DNA from: Microbotryum violaceum
Taxonomy: Eukaryota
NCBI GenBank assembly: GCA_001244265.2
Contig: CDLV01000012.1
Coordinates: forward strand, 186,001 to 250,000
Length of the DNA: 64,000 bases
Direction: 5' to 3'
Part shown: piece by piece, positions 25,395-39,965 of the stretch
Position numbering within the stretch: position 1 is the first letter of the stretch
How the letters are laid out: every line of letters starts with the position of its first letter
The notes under the pieces: generated by a model
What the model was told of the DNA's origin: nothing
The model's database searches: none
What the model saw: the letters and a program-made list of their open reading frames with translations, nothing else
Program-made: the position numbers and the translations under genes

Positions 25395-27893
25395 ATGCCT
25401 CACCAACGACACTGGTGGAAAGAAGGGGTCGTGTATCAGGTGAGTGACCTCCCCGCTTCCTGCAGTGGACCCCCACTCGCTTGATGAATCGTGTCGGATC
25501 GATCAAGTTCGTCTGGGGATTGGGTCCTATCCTCTCGAGTCAACACAATCCTGAGTGTATCCTCAGTGCACCTATATTATTTGTCTCCTCTCATTTGCCA
25601 ATAACCCTGCATACCAACGCACCTGAACCCCCGCTCACCCGCCGCTCATCCCATGACCGTCTTCCCCTCTCACTCCCGCGTGCCAGATTTTCCCCCGCTC
25701 CTTCCTCGACAGCAACGGCGATGGAGAAGGTGACATTCCCGGCATCACCGCCAAAATGGACTACCTCAAACACTTGGGTGTTGACATCTTGTGGATCAGT
25801 CCTTTCTTCGAGTCGTACGTCACTCCTTCCCCGGGCCGAAGATTTTCTCCGGCCTGGACTTTGGGATTCTCGAAGATCCTTCCTCTCGAGTTTGGCCGCG
25901 AAAAGAGAAGTTGACCTTGGTCAATATGACTCGGTTTCAATTTATTCCCCAGTCCTCAGAAGGATAATGGATACGATATCAGCGATTTCAAGAACGTGCA
26001 CGCCCCTTTCGGCACCGTGGCCGACGTTGAGGATCTCATCAAAGGCTGTCACGATCGAGGGATGAAGATGTGAGGTGGAAGGGACACGTCCATATGTGTG
26101 ATCATCGTCAAAGGCTGATACAACTTTCTCCAAAACTAGCCTGTTTGACCTCGTGATTAATCACACCTCGTCCGAACACGAATGGTTCCGACAAAGTCGC
26201 TCGAGCAAGACCAACCCCTACCGCGATTACTACATTTGGAGACCCGCCAAGTACATTGATGGCGTTCGACACCCTCCCAACAACTGGAGAGCCGTTTTCG
26301 GAGGTAGTTGTTGGGAATGGGATGAGGGGACCGAAGAGGTGGGTTACACCTTTCGGATGGCTAAAAAGTCTAACCTACCCGAACACGTTCGGCGTCATTC
26401 GAGACTGATGCCCCTTCGTGCTACTTTGTATCAGTACTACCTCCATTACTACGTCAAGGAACAACCCGACGTCAACTGGGAGAATCCCAAACTCCGTCAG
26501 GCCTTGTACGACGACGCGATTAAGTTCTGGCTCGACAAAGGCTGCGATGGTTTCCGCGTGGATACGTGCAACAAGGTAGGTACTGTAGTCTAGCCGCCTT
26601 TATTCAGTGGCTGATCTGGCATGCAACTTTTTTTCTTTCTGCAGTATTCCAAATTCACCGACTTCCCGGACGCCAAGGTGATCGAACCGGATGCGCCTTA
26701 TCAAAACGCCATCAAATTTCTCACCAACGGTCCGAGGCTCCACGAGTTCCTTCGCGAAATGCACGATGAGACGTACGCCAAATACGAGTAGGTCCTACCA
26801 GAGCGGGTTCCTACCCAGGAAGAAAGGAAGCTGCTAAGTCGAGTCCTTCCTCGTGCTGTTCTAAGCTGCATGACAATTGGTGAACTTGGCTCGACGCCCC
26901 TAATCGAAGACGTGCTCAAGTTCGTCGCGGCCAAAGAACGCAAGTTCAACATGGTGATCCAATTCGAGCTCTCGCGCCTCGATCACGGTCCCGCAGGTTC
27001 GCGCTTCCACCTCATGACCCACGAGTGGAGATTATCCAAATTCAAGGAGATCACGGCGAGGTACCAGCGGTTGACGGAGAGTCAGTTCGATGCGTGGGGG
27101 GTCACGTATTTGGAGAATCATGATCAGGGGAGGAGTGTGCCGAGGTATGGCTCGGACAAGCCGGAACATCGGGTCAACTCAGCCAAAATGCTGGCGACGT
27201 TCTTGTTGACCGTTTCGGGGACACCAATCATCTACCAAGGAGGTGAGTCGTATTCTGAAAGCAGCAAGGTTTACGTGTGGAAGTTGAGCCCCGTCATGTG
27301 ACGCAGAGGAGATCGGCATGATAAATTGTCCCAAGGAATGGGAGATCGAAGATGAGTACAAGGACGTCGCGACGATCAATCAATGGGCCGAAATGAAAGC
27401 CACCGCCGCAGCAACGAACGATACGAAGCTGCTCGTCGACGGCAAACGAGGGATCCAGCAAACCGCTCGCGATCATGCCCGAACGCCGATGCAATGGAAC
27501 GACGACAAGAACGCGGGTTTCTCGACAGCCGAGAACACTTGGATGCGAGCTATGGATTCTTATAAGGAGATCAACGTCGCTAAGCAACAAGGAGTCGACT
27601 CGTCGCCTTTGGAACATTATCGTCGCTTGCTCGCGCTAAGGAAGGAGCACAAGGACGTCTTCGTCTATGGTCACTTCGAGCCTTCGATCGACGAAAACAA
27701 CGATCACACTTATATCTACCTCAAGCGATCCGAGGACCGATCAAAGAAGATCGTCGTCGCGCTCAACTTCAGCGGCCAGGCACAGACCTTCCAAGCTCCG
27801 GAGGGACTGACGCTGGTCGAGTCCCTTAAATTCGAGGATGGAGGTAGGAGAGGGGTCCTGGGACCGTTCGAGGCACAACTTTATATGACATGA
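25395..27893 (+). CDS. GH13 alpha-glucosidase (maltase/oligo-1,6-glucosidase family)
   Basis: [65 protein letters not shown] and [10 protein letters not shown]. Confidence 0.95.
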
Positions 27894-28391
27894 AAGAGAG
27901 CAAGACGAAGTAAAGAACAAGGAGGGGGGTTGCAAATCATCATCAAGAAAAGGAGAACAGCTTCCTCGCCGAGGAGAGAGAAGCGTGGGCTACACTGAGT
28001 CGGGAAAAGGGTCGTGAAACAAATGAGACAAGCGAAGAGCAATAATGAGGCGAGAGCTAACATAAAGTGTTGAAAGAGCAAGTGAAGGCCCCGCAAAGGA
28101 TGGAGAGGTAAAGATTTGAGGGCACAAATATCGAAGTGATCGAAGAGCGGCGATCGAGGATGCAGTGAGGCGCTCCGGATCGGTTGGCGTCGGGTCGATT
28201 TGGTAAATGATCGTTCGGAGTGATATACGACGTGGGCGGCACCCAACCTGTGGTGGCGTGAATGGAATGCGAAATTTGAGGTTGTCGAGGAAACAGACGA
28301 GATGTATATGGACGAATGCAAGAAGGTATGGGTGAGGTTGAAATGCGAAGGATGCGTGAGGGTGTCGAGGCGCGGGAGATTGAGTCGGTTA

Positions 28392-31300
28392 TCAAAGGTC
28401 GAGGGACGAAAAGGCACTTTCGACTTCATCGACGAACTCGTGCGATTGGTGAAATCCGCGCTCTTTGCGAAGTGGACCATGAAGACCAAGGTCGAAGGAC
28501 TGAGCGAGACCGCGAGGTCGATGGTGACCCAAACCCGAGCGAGCACTCGCATGGCTGCTACCGCTGGCGATGGCACCAAAGCCGCCCGAAGCGCTCGCGG
28601 AAGGGCCATGCGAAATCTTGGGACCGACGTCGGAAGGGGAGGGGTGGTGACGTGCGACGGGGACCGCTGAACTGGCTGCACCCTCCGTTTGCGCGAAGCG
28701 AGACGCTGAAGACTTGGGAAATCCAGAGCCGGAGAACGCCGACGACGGACCTCCAAAGGTCGAGTTCGATGACGCGAATGGCGACGTTCGAGAGAGTGCA
28801 CCCCAGCCGCGATGCGATGTCGTACTGCTGAACGAGGACGGGTTCGAACCGGGAGGGGGTGGCATACCTTGACCTTGCGATTGACTGGTCGGGAACGCGG
28901 ACTCCGTGTTGGTCTGAAGTGACGAGGTCGGAGGGTAGAATCCAGGGTAGTCTTGGTTGGCAGAGCGGTATACGAACGAAGCCGCGTTACGAAGAGGTGA
29001 CTGGCCAGGGGCGCCATACGTCGCAGTACTGGGTGCTTCAAAGATAGACTTGATGTTGGGCGACGAAGCCGCAAGGCGCAATTTGTGATCGACGGTCGAG
29101 CCCAGATCTCTCACTGCATCGCTGCTCGAGGTGGCCAAGAGGTTGCTGTTAAAGAACGAGAACGAGTCGTTGAAAGCGTCGGGGCGAGGTCGCAACGAGC
29201 CGGGGTAAAGTTGGATCTTGCGCTGGACGAGGTACTCTTCGACCAGATCGCGAGCCGCAGGAAGGACCTCGATGTTGCTGCGATTGAGGTAGAAGCGGAT
29301 GATCGTCTCGTCACTTGCACCCGAGCGGTCAACCCACGGCATGATCGCGACGTTGAAATTGCGCTTGATGTGTTCCGTCAGCCGGATAAAGTCTTGCGAA
29401 AGAGTCAAGGCTGCCATCTCGGCGCTGTGGGGAATTCGGTACTCGCTTCGCCAGTCAAAACAGGTCAAAGGTCAGCGCAAAGCTGAACACATAGGCGCGA
29501 CCGAATGGACTCACGCTTCGAAGGGCACATGTTCAAGAATCATCTTGGCCGCGATGTGAATTTGCGCCTCTGGTCCAAAGATCGAAACGACATCGCTGGC
29601 CGTCTCCTTGTTCGGGAAACGGACTGTTGAGTTGGTTTTGGTCTCGATATCGTGGATGAAGATGCTCTTCTCGCCGAGGAGTGTTCGATGATAGCGCCGC
29701 GGGATCGCCACCGTCTCCAGACAGAAATCCTTATCCTTGGGAGGGAGCAACTCCATGACGGCTTGCTTGAGGTGCTCGAGGTTGAGCGCGTTCTTGGCCG
29801 GCGTACGCGCGATGACGTTGTCCTCGTTGTCGGCGTAGCCGCCTAGAAGCGCAAATTCGTCGGCGTTGGAGAATTTGACATAAACACCGTACTTTTTCAT
29901 GATGCGCTGGATGTTCTTGCCGCCGACACCGATGATGCGCTTGTGATAGGCTTCGGGAACATGGAACGAGATCTCGGCCGGCAGCTCTTCTTGCAGCATC
30001 GTCAGGCCGTGCAAGGCCGAAACGTCATGACCGGCGATATCAATGAGGAAGTTGTAGTCGTTGAACGTCTCGAACTTGATCTTGACGTTGGCGGACTTCA
30101 TGATCTTGTTCAACTTGCCGTTCTTCTTGCCCGAGATGAACTCGCGGTGCTCGTTCGCGAGCTCAATCTGGAAGCGAACCTCATGGTGGAACTGCTGGAT
30201 GACCACAAAAAGCTGCGGAGTCAGCTAAGATCGCCGAAGCAACTCTCAGCGTGCAGCTCACCTTCACAACGTCCGAGTCCAAGACAATCTGCACGGCCGC
30301 TCGGACCTCGGATTCGAGACCGTGGAACTCGAAGCAGTTGCTCTTGAAGACGACTTCGGCGCCTGAAACTACGGCGATGTGACGGAGGAAAGGCTGGATC
30401 TGTGCCGGATTGAGGGCCGGAGGGGCCATGAAGGCGTCGATGGAGATTGGAAGGAGCCAGAACGAAGCGACGTAGAATTCGCAAGCCTGTACACGTTCAA
30501 GTGGGTCTCGTGAGCGATTTGCCTCTCAGAAGTGAAGATATTTCGAGAGCTACGAGATGACTCACCAGGCCCATAATGGCGCGGATCGTGCGCTCGATGT
30601 GAACGCGGTGATCACCATACACCGAGATCATGCTCGCCTGACTGCCAATGGGAGGGAAGTTGATGAAGGTGCCGTTGTCGTGCATAATCTGCTTGAGGTC
30701 GTCTAGTCGAGCCGAGAGCATCCAGTCGACTTTGCGCGGTAGAATGGCCGTGTCACGTGAGATGACACACTTGCTCTGTGCGTAGCGGCGGAGCACGAAG
30801 AGTCAGCCTAGGGCATGCCGACATTGTGCACATCGGGCGCCGAAGCAATATACCTTGTGTATGGAGATTTGGAACAGCAGGTCGCGAGCTCGTTGCACGC
30901 CAAAAAACTCTCCAGTGATGTGGACAACGTTCTGCTTCATCAAGAGACTTGGCACTCTCTGACCAATGACACCCGACAACGACGTAGGCAAGTAGATGTT
31001 GGTCGCTGTTTCCTCCTGGATCTGTTGGATGACGCAGCGTCTACGACCGGCGATGATGTTGTGTAGCTTGTAATCGATCTCGCATATCTCATGGTGAAGT
31101 CCGCCCTGTGTCATTGTCCATGTTGAAAAAGAGATCAATGAATTGATCACAGCTGCAGATTCGTTGGCTCAATACTCACCAGCTCATCCAGAAGCACAAG
31201 CAGCTTCACCCTTGCATGCTCGACACTCTCGAAAGTGCCCGTGATGACGATCTCTACATTGCGCTCCGCTTCGAGGCCGAAGCCGATGCTGTTGGCCGCG

Positions 31301-32477
31301 TGGCCGACGATAGCCAGGTGGGCACGGGTGAGCGAGGCAATCTCGTCGAGTCGGCGTCGCATTTCGGTCTTGACGTTCTCCTTGCCATCGAGGACCTCGG
31401 AGCGCGGCACCTTGACGATCGACTTGCGCTGCGGTGAGAAAAATTCGAGGGGACTGTCAGCTCGAGAGAATTGCGAGGGTACAGCTTCATCGACTCACTT
31501 TGAAGGGACTGTATCGCAAGAGGTTGCCGCGTGCGCTCATGACGTGCTGATAATCACCACTGACGTGGAAGTTGTACTTGCGGATCGCTGCATTCGTCGG
31601 ATCCGCGAGCGCAGCAAGCGCTGGCCAAGATGGATCGTCCAATGGGGTGAAGGAGACGAGGCACTGGTTGGCGGTCATCGCATCAACACAAAGCTTTTGC
31701 ATGGCTTCGTTCAGATCGGTCGAATTGGCTCGAGTCATCGAGAGTGCCGAAGAGGACGAGGCCGATCGAACGAGACGGACCGAGCTCGAATCATCGCAAG
31801 ACGTGCCGAAAGGCTCGTTCGTCGCGGTTGTCTCTGTCAGAATCGATGAAGCTGCTGTCGAGCTCCTCCTCATCGATGGGCCACCTCCACCTTCGCTTGA
31901 CGTCGACTCGGCCGCAGTGCCATCGGACGACGACGAGAGCGACGTGCGGGGGTTGTGCGACGACGAAGATTTGGACAGGGAGGGCTGCGAGTTAGTTGGG
32001 AGCGGCCCACCGGGGCGGTCCTCGGAGAAAAGCGGCGATCGTTGCACGACGGAGCTGACAGTACGACGGTGTGGCGCAGCATTGGTGTTGTTGGAGCTGG
32101 TCGGAAGTTGCGCGCGAACCTGGGGGCCCCCGGTATGGTGATTCAAATCCGTATCGAATGAGGTCGACGGCGAATGCGACAGAACTTGCGCTTGGGCTTG
32201 GTGGTGGAGCCCCTGTTGGGGTAGATTGAAGCAGGTGGTGTAGATGTCCTGTAGATTGGAAGGCGTCCTTCGAAGATCAGTTGATGCCCTAATCCGAGCC
32301 AGGCCCGGAGATCTTGACGCAGTCATGGAAAGGGACGGACGCCTCCGACCAATCAACCGCACGCAGCCGGACGCGCTGCATGCCCCGCGGCACGCGCGCG
32401 CGTTGGCCTGCACACGCGCCTGCGCTCGGAAAAGCGGTGACGACGTGAATCGGAGCTATGAAATAAGGACTGACCAT
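28392..32477 (-). CDS. Multi-KH-domain RNA-binding protein (Bicaudal-C/Mug60-like)
   Basis: KH motifs HREFISGKKNGKLNKIM, YHKRIIGVGGKNIQRIM, YHRTLLGEKSIFIHDIE and LHNIIAGRRRCVIQQIQ. An ATG-only first exon splices to DIYTTCFNLP. Confidence 0.85.
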
Positions 32478-32610
32478 GATGGCGGCGGCGGGTTGCCAGG
32501 AAGGATGCGGAATCAGGACGGCTACAACACTGGTATGGGTCCACGTCAGCACAAGTGGGTGCTGGACGGGTTCGATATGGTCGGATGGCAAGGGGAGGTG
32601 GAATGCAGAG

Positions 32611-32621
32611 CCTATTTATAA
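32611..32621 (-). promoter_or_regulatory. TATA box upstream of the KH gene
   Basis: Minus strand TTATAAATAGG about 140 nt upstream of ATG 32477. Confidence 0.5.
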
Positions 32622-34314
32622 TCGGACGTTTGTCGAGGAAGGCGTCGTGCAATCCGTCGTTGTCGTCGTGGCGTCGGTCGCACCGATCGAGTGCCGTGCG
32701 CCTAACGGAAAGGAGGTCGGATAGCTGCGCCGCACGGATCCGAAGCACTCGTTATGCACCTCGAGAAGATCGACCACACGATCGACCGCCTGCGAATGCA
32801 GCGCCGTTTTGGGTGCCCCCCTCTTTTGTGGTGTGGCGGTTCCTCAATCGGCCCCGGCGCAGCGGTCGAGTCGAGGCGAGTCGCTCGGGACCCTTCGAAG
32901 GCGGTCTCGGGTTGGCGCGTCGCCGGCAGCCTGTGGCAGCTCGGTTGTCGGGCGTCGGTCGTTGGTCGTCGGTCGTCGGTCGCACTCGCCGTCACTGATG
33001 TCTTGTCGAACACGCCGGCGGGGAGCAGAGATGACGACCAGACTGGATCGAGAAGAAGCAAGGATCTTTGGTGCGGAGGGTATCACGGTCCGGCCGAGTT
33101 AGGGGAAGCAACACAGGGGGGTCGGGGGCAGAGTGCAAGTGATAGAATCACGAAGCAAAACACGACCCGTCGAAGCTCGAAGGAGCCCGCGCTGCGGGCA
33201 CCCAGGGCCGGGGCTAACTCATAATGCCGCATTTGGGTGCTCGATCAAACTTCCGTGCTAGCAATGCTGCATCGTTACAATCAGAATCATTTTGTCAGAC
33301 TGATTTCCGACAGGCTTCACTGCATGCTTGGTCGGTGACACAGGTTCAGGGGGCCCACTTGCCAGTAGTCTCACAAAGGCTAATAAAGTAGCGCTCAGCG
33401 CTCAGCGTTTTCCGATTCTTGGTCAGAGTTGTGCAAGTTCAAGTGGGGGTAAGACAGAAGGCTCGCGGACTTCGGGATCTGCTGAAGTGACCATCAGTCT
33501 GATGCACTCGCTACCCAAAGTATTATCGTGTGCACTCATTGATCTCCTATCAATTTTTTCGATCCCAACTCTACACCAATTCATCACGTAGCGCTCCACG
33601 CATATTGGCTCGGAGCTAATTTTTTTTGAATTTTTGAATTAGACCAGCCTCTCGGACGACGTGCATTGCATAATTTCGACTCCACCATCGGGTTGTAGCA
33701 AGCATTGAGTCGTCGCGATTTCGAGATTTTGCAAGTCTCGATGAAGTTGGGGCTACTACGTGGCCGAATTCTCGATCGTTCAAACTCAGCTCACGTTGGT
33801 GCCGTCTCCGAGTCTCTCTCGAGGAAGATGGAGTATACCATGAAGGTGACAGGATTTGAATGGCAACACCATCGGCACGATATTTTTCCTAGTCGACAAT
33901 CGTTGAGCTGGGGAGCTACGCCTCTGTACCCGTTGCAAGGATTGCGAGTCGAGTAAAAATGATTTGCTCACGCACAATTACTTTGTCGCCGCAGAGCGGT
34001 CTGGCCAGCTTGAGTCTTTTCTTGCCTTGGCGGGTGCGTTGCTGTTGTGCGCTGCGGTGGGGCCGTGTGAGGTGACTCGCGCGGGCGGGGCGTCGTCGGT
34101 TGCTTCCCCTCCACCCCCCCCTCTCCTACCCAATCACTCTCAAAAACAAAGTCAGTACCTTGGCCCCGAGTATGTTCGCAGGGCTGCTACAACCGACACT
34201 GACGTCCTGACTGCGCTGTATCGCCTGCGTCTGCTTTGGTGCGACGTCAACCCCCTCTACCCATCGCCGCGTTCCTGCTCCCTCTCCTCGCCTCCTTGCC
34301 TACCACGTCGACAG

Positions 34315-36669
34315 ATGTCTGCCAAGATCTGTGAGTCATCAGATGCAGCACCCGATGGGATGGATCTGTACTGATCGTTTGGACGCCGGCTTGACGAGCT
34401 TGCAGACTGGTACGTGGCTCGATCTGCACCACTCGACCCGACCGCCACCACCCAACCTTAGCCAGCTCCGGTGGCGCGCGCCAGCGACCAGCACGCATTC
34501 GTGGCACGGCGCCATCTCGCACCCCAGTCGTCGCATTCTGACCATTTCATTCATTACCCACAAACTCCAACATCGGACCTGTGTGACTGAACTTGTTTTT
34601 TGCTTTTCTCTGTCACCCTCTGTTGCTACTCCTTTTTCGTGCCACCAGCGGAAACCTATCGTGGTAAGTGGTCGTTGGCTTTGGCTCTCGTCGTAGCTTT
34701 CTGGTGGCTGTGGTCACGGTCGCCTTTGTCCCTGTGCTAATGCCGCGGTCCTGGCGCGCGAGTGTAAACTGCCGATTTTCACGCGCTGCGCTGCTGCGAT
34801 GCGGGGGCCCTGACCCGGCAGCCAGCTAGCGCATCTTTACAACGCGGTCGCGGTCTTGAACAGCAGCGGCTGACACTAGTTTTCGATCTTTGACCTTTCA
34901 GGGGAACCAACACCGACTCGTTGCGTGATGCCTTCTCGCAATTCGGTCAGGTTCTCGACTGCATCGTCATGACGTGAGTCTCTCCGGTCTCTAGCTGCCT
35001 AGTCCATGCTTGTGTTCCCGTGATCCGTTCCTTGTCCGACTTCACTGACGTTTCGGCTTTATTCACTATCACTTTGTTCAGCGAACCCGGAACCGGCCGC
35101 TCGCGTGGTTTCGGCTTCGTCACCTTTGGCTCGCAAGCCGAGGCCGATGCCGCCATCGCCGCCATGCACGAGCAAGAGCTTGTGCGTACCTGTTTCCCAC
35201 CCCGCTCCCCTCCAGTACTGCACAGCAGCGCGGCCGTGGCTTCTGAGCACACATCTCGACTCCAAGTCCGGTTAAATGGGCACTCAAGATCTTGGCACCG
35301 GCACGGTGCGAGGTCCAGGAATAGTTCTAACCCTATCTGCGGCTCTCCACATTCCTGTTGACGCGGTGTGGTGACGGTCAGAAGCCCTAGCTGCGACCAT
35401 GTCATACTCCCTCGCCATGTTCGTTCGGCACCGACGATGACGCCCGCGTCGCGATCCCTAAACACCCGATCCCATGTTCTCGTGTTCCCGGTTTCCTGAC
35501 TCTTTCTCGCGCTCTGCGTTCTCTCTCTCCTGTTCCTCTTCTGCCTTTCTGCATGTCTCTTGGATTCGCTTTCCCTTCGTTCTCGGATCGTGTCTGTGCC
35601 CGTGTGCCTTTCCCGCGCCTCGTAAACGTTTTCGCTTGCAAATTGCTTCGTTTACTTCGACTATCGTTCTGCACCTGTTCTGGGTTACTGACAATCACAG
35701 GGTAAGTCTTCCCTGCTCTTTTGCTTTGATCTCTGGCCCGAGTGGATGGCTGATACGGAACGGATACATTCTGCGCATCACAGATGGTCGACGCCTTCGC
35801 GTCAACATCGCCAACCAACGTGGTGGCGGAGGTGGAGGTGGAGGAGGATGTGAGTAATATCTTTGCTCTTGCTCACTGTGCCGTCGTTGGGCGGGGCTCA
35901 TGCGATACGTCCGGGTCGTGCTATAGACGGTGGGGGAGGATGTTAGTCACTCCCCTTTTATGACGCTCTTCATTGAGTTCTCATCGTTGTCGAGGTCGCA
36001 CGTTGGGCGGTCTCGTCTCGTCGCGCGGCCGCTCGAGATCTTGAATACCTGATCTCGGGTATCGAGCTCTATTTCAAGTTCACATCGCTGACCGTACTCA
36101 CTTCCTTGTTCGATCAATCTTAGACGGAGGCCAGGGTGGCGTGAGTGTCACGACACGTTCAGTTCTCATCGGTGCATCAGCTAACCTCTTGCCCTTCCTA
36201 CCCGACGTCACACAGTACGGTGGAGGAGGATGTAAGTCACCTTTGACACTAATGGCATCCTACCCGTCGTTGTCGGCAGACAAGCTTCGCTTTTCTGTTT
36301 CTGTCGAACACACGCGATTGCTCTGTGCTCGGGGCATTGGCTGACCTCGTAACTCGTCCTGGCTCCCACTAGACGGTGGAGGATACGGCCAACAGCAGGG
36401 TGGCTACGGCGGCCAGCAGTCCTACGGCTCGGGCGCCCCCTACGGCCAGCAATCTTACGGCCAAGCTGGCTACGGTGGCCAGCAAGGTTACGGCCAACAA
36501 CAAGGTGGCTGTGAGTAGACATTGTCTAGTTTATGCTTGTTTCGCATCACTGATGCCTGCCTGTCCCTCGTGTGATCGTATAGACGGTGGTGAGGCCCAG
36601 CAACCGGGCGGCTACGGCGCCCAGCAGGGCTACGGCGGCCAACAGGGCGGCCAGCAAGGCGGCTACTAG
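34315..36669 (+). CDS. Glycine-rich RNA-binding protein (RRM plus G/Y/Q tail), 181 aa, 12 coding exons: 34315-34330, 34406-34409, 34649-34663, 34902-34973, 35082-35181, 35701, 35784-35849, 35927-35941, 36124-36140, 36216-36231, 36373-36510, 36584-36669
   Basis: The exons sum to 546 nt and read MSAKIYCGNLSWGTNTDSLRDAFSQFGQVLDCIVMTEPGTGRSRGFGFVTFGSQAEADAAIAAMHEQELDGRRLRVNIANQRGGG..., with RNP2 (IYCGNL) and RNP1 (RGFGFVTF). All introns are GT-AG. Confidence 0.9.
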
Positions 36670-37394
36670 AACAGCAACGTGCCGTAATTTTTCGTGCCTC
36701 ATCTCGTTCTCTCGGATTGACTTGTCGTTCCCAATTGTATCGAAACACGTCTCCTAGTCGTGAGTTTTAGCCCCAAGCTCTTTGCGTGAGGAGCGCTTGA
36801 TGTGGTGCTGATCGTGGGCCACTCGGGTGATCAATCGCAGTCGTCTGCTTGCCTGGTCTCGTCTCGGTTCTCTTCATGCTCGATCACAAATGACCACCCC
36901 CTTCGATCTAGTCAATCTCTCACTCGCCGCTTTGCTTCCCAAGGCTCGAAATTACCTGTACCCTCTCGTCGCTTCGCTCTCGGTTCCTGATGATGCTTTC
37001 TCCAAAACTTCTCGTCTTCCCTTTGCATCTTCGCCCTCCTCTTCTGCTCCCCTCTCTACCGCCGATTTTATTCGCGTGTTTTGCACTTCCCAGTCGCTGT
37101 TTCGTTGTGTGGGGGACTTCTTTCTCTTCGGTTGGGCCAGTCTGGGTAGTTACCATCTTCCTCGTCTTGGTTTTTCGGAGTTTTTGCGGTCACTTGCCGT
37201 GATGGTTTTCGCGGAATGCAAAGAATAATTGGTCCTCTATATTCTGAAGCCCTATAAAGAGAGGGTAGAGAGAGAATTGTGGGTGGACTCTTTTGACAGT
37301 TTTTCTGGGAAGGTCGTGGCGCCTCTTGTCTCTCTCACTCACTCCGGCTGCTCCACTCGAACTCGCCAGACTCAGCCCTCAGATATAGCACAAA

Positions 37395-39965
<2,571 letters not shown>

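Noticed and set aside
21966-27893. MAL-type cluster (Zn2Cys6 factor next to alpha-glucosidase)
   Set aside because: No sugar transporter or divergent promoter is present, and adjacency alone is insufficient.
35182-35191. Alternative donor GTACCT at 35186 that would avoid the 1-nt exon
   Set aside because: It is a weaker donor, gives ELVHGRR instead of consensus ELDGRR, and leaves the branch-AG-G-GTAAGT cassette unexplained. Not formally excluded without cDNA.
35182-35700. Intronic snoRNA in the long RRM or bZIP introns
   Set aside because: No convincing paired C/D boxes or H/ACA layout by eye. An Rfam scan would settle it.
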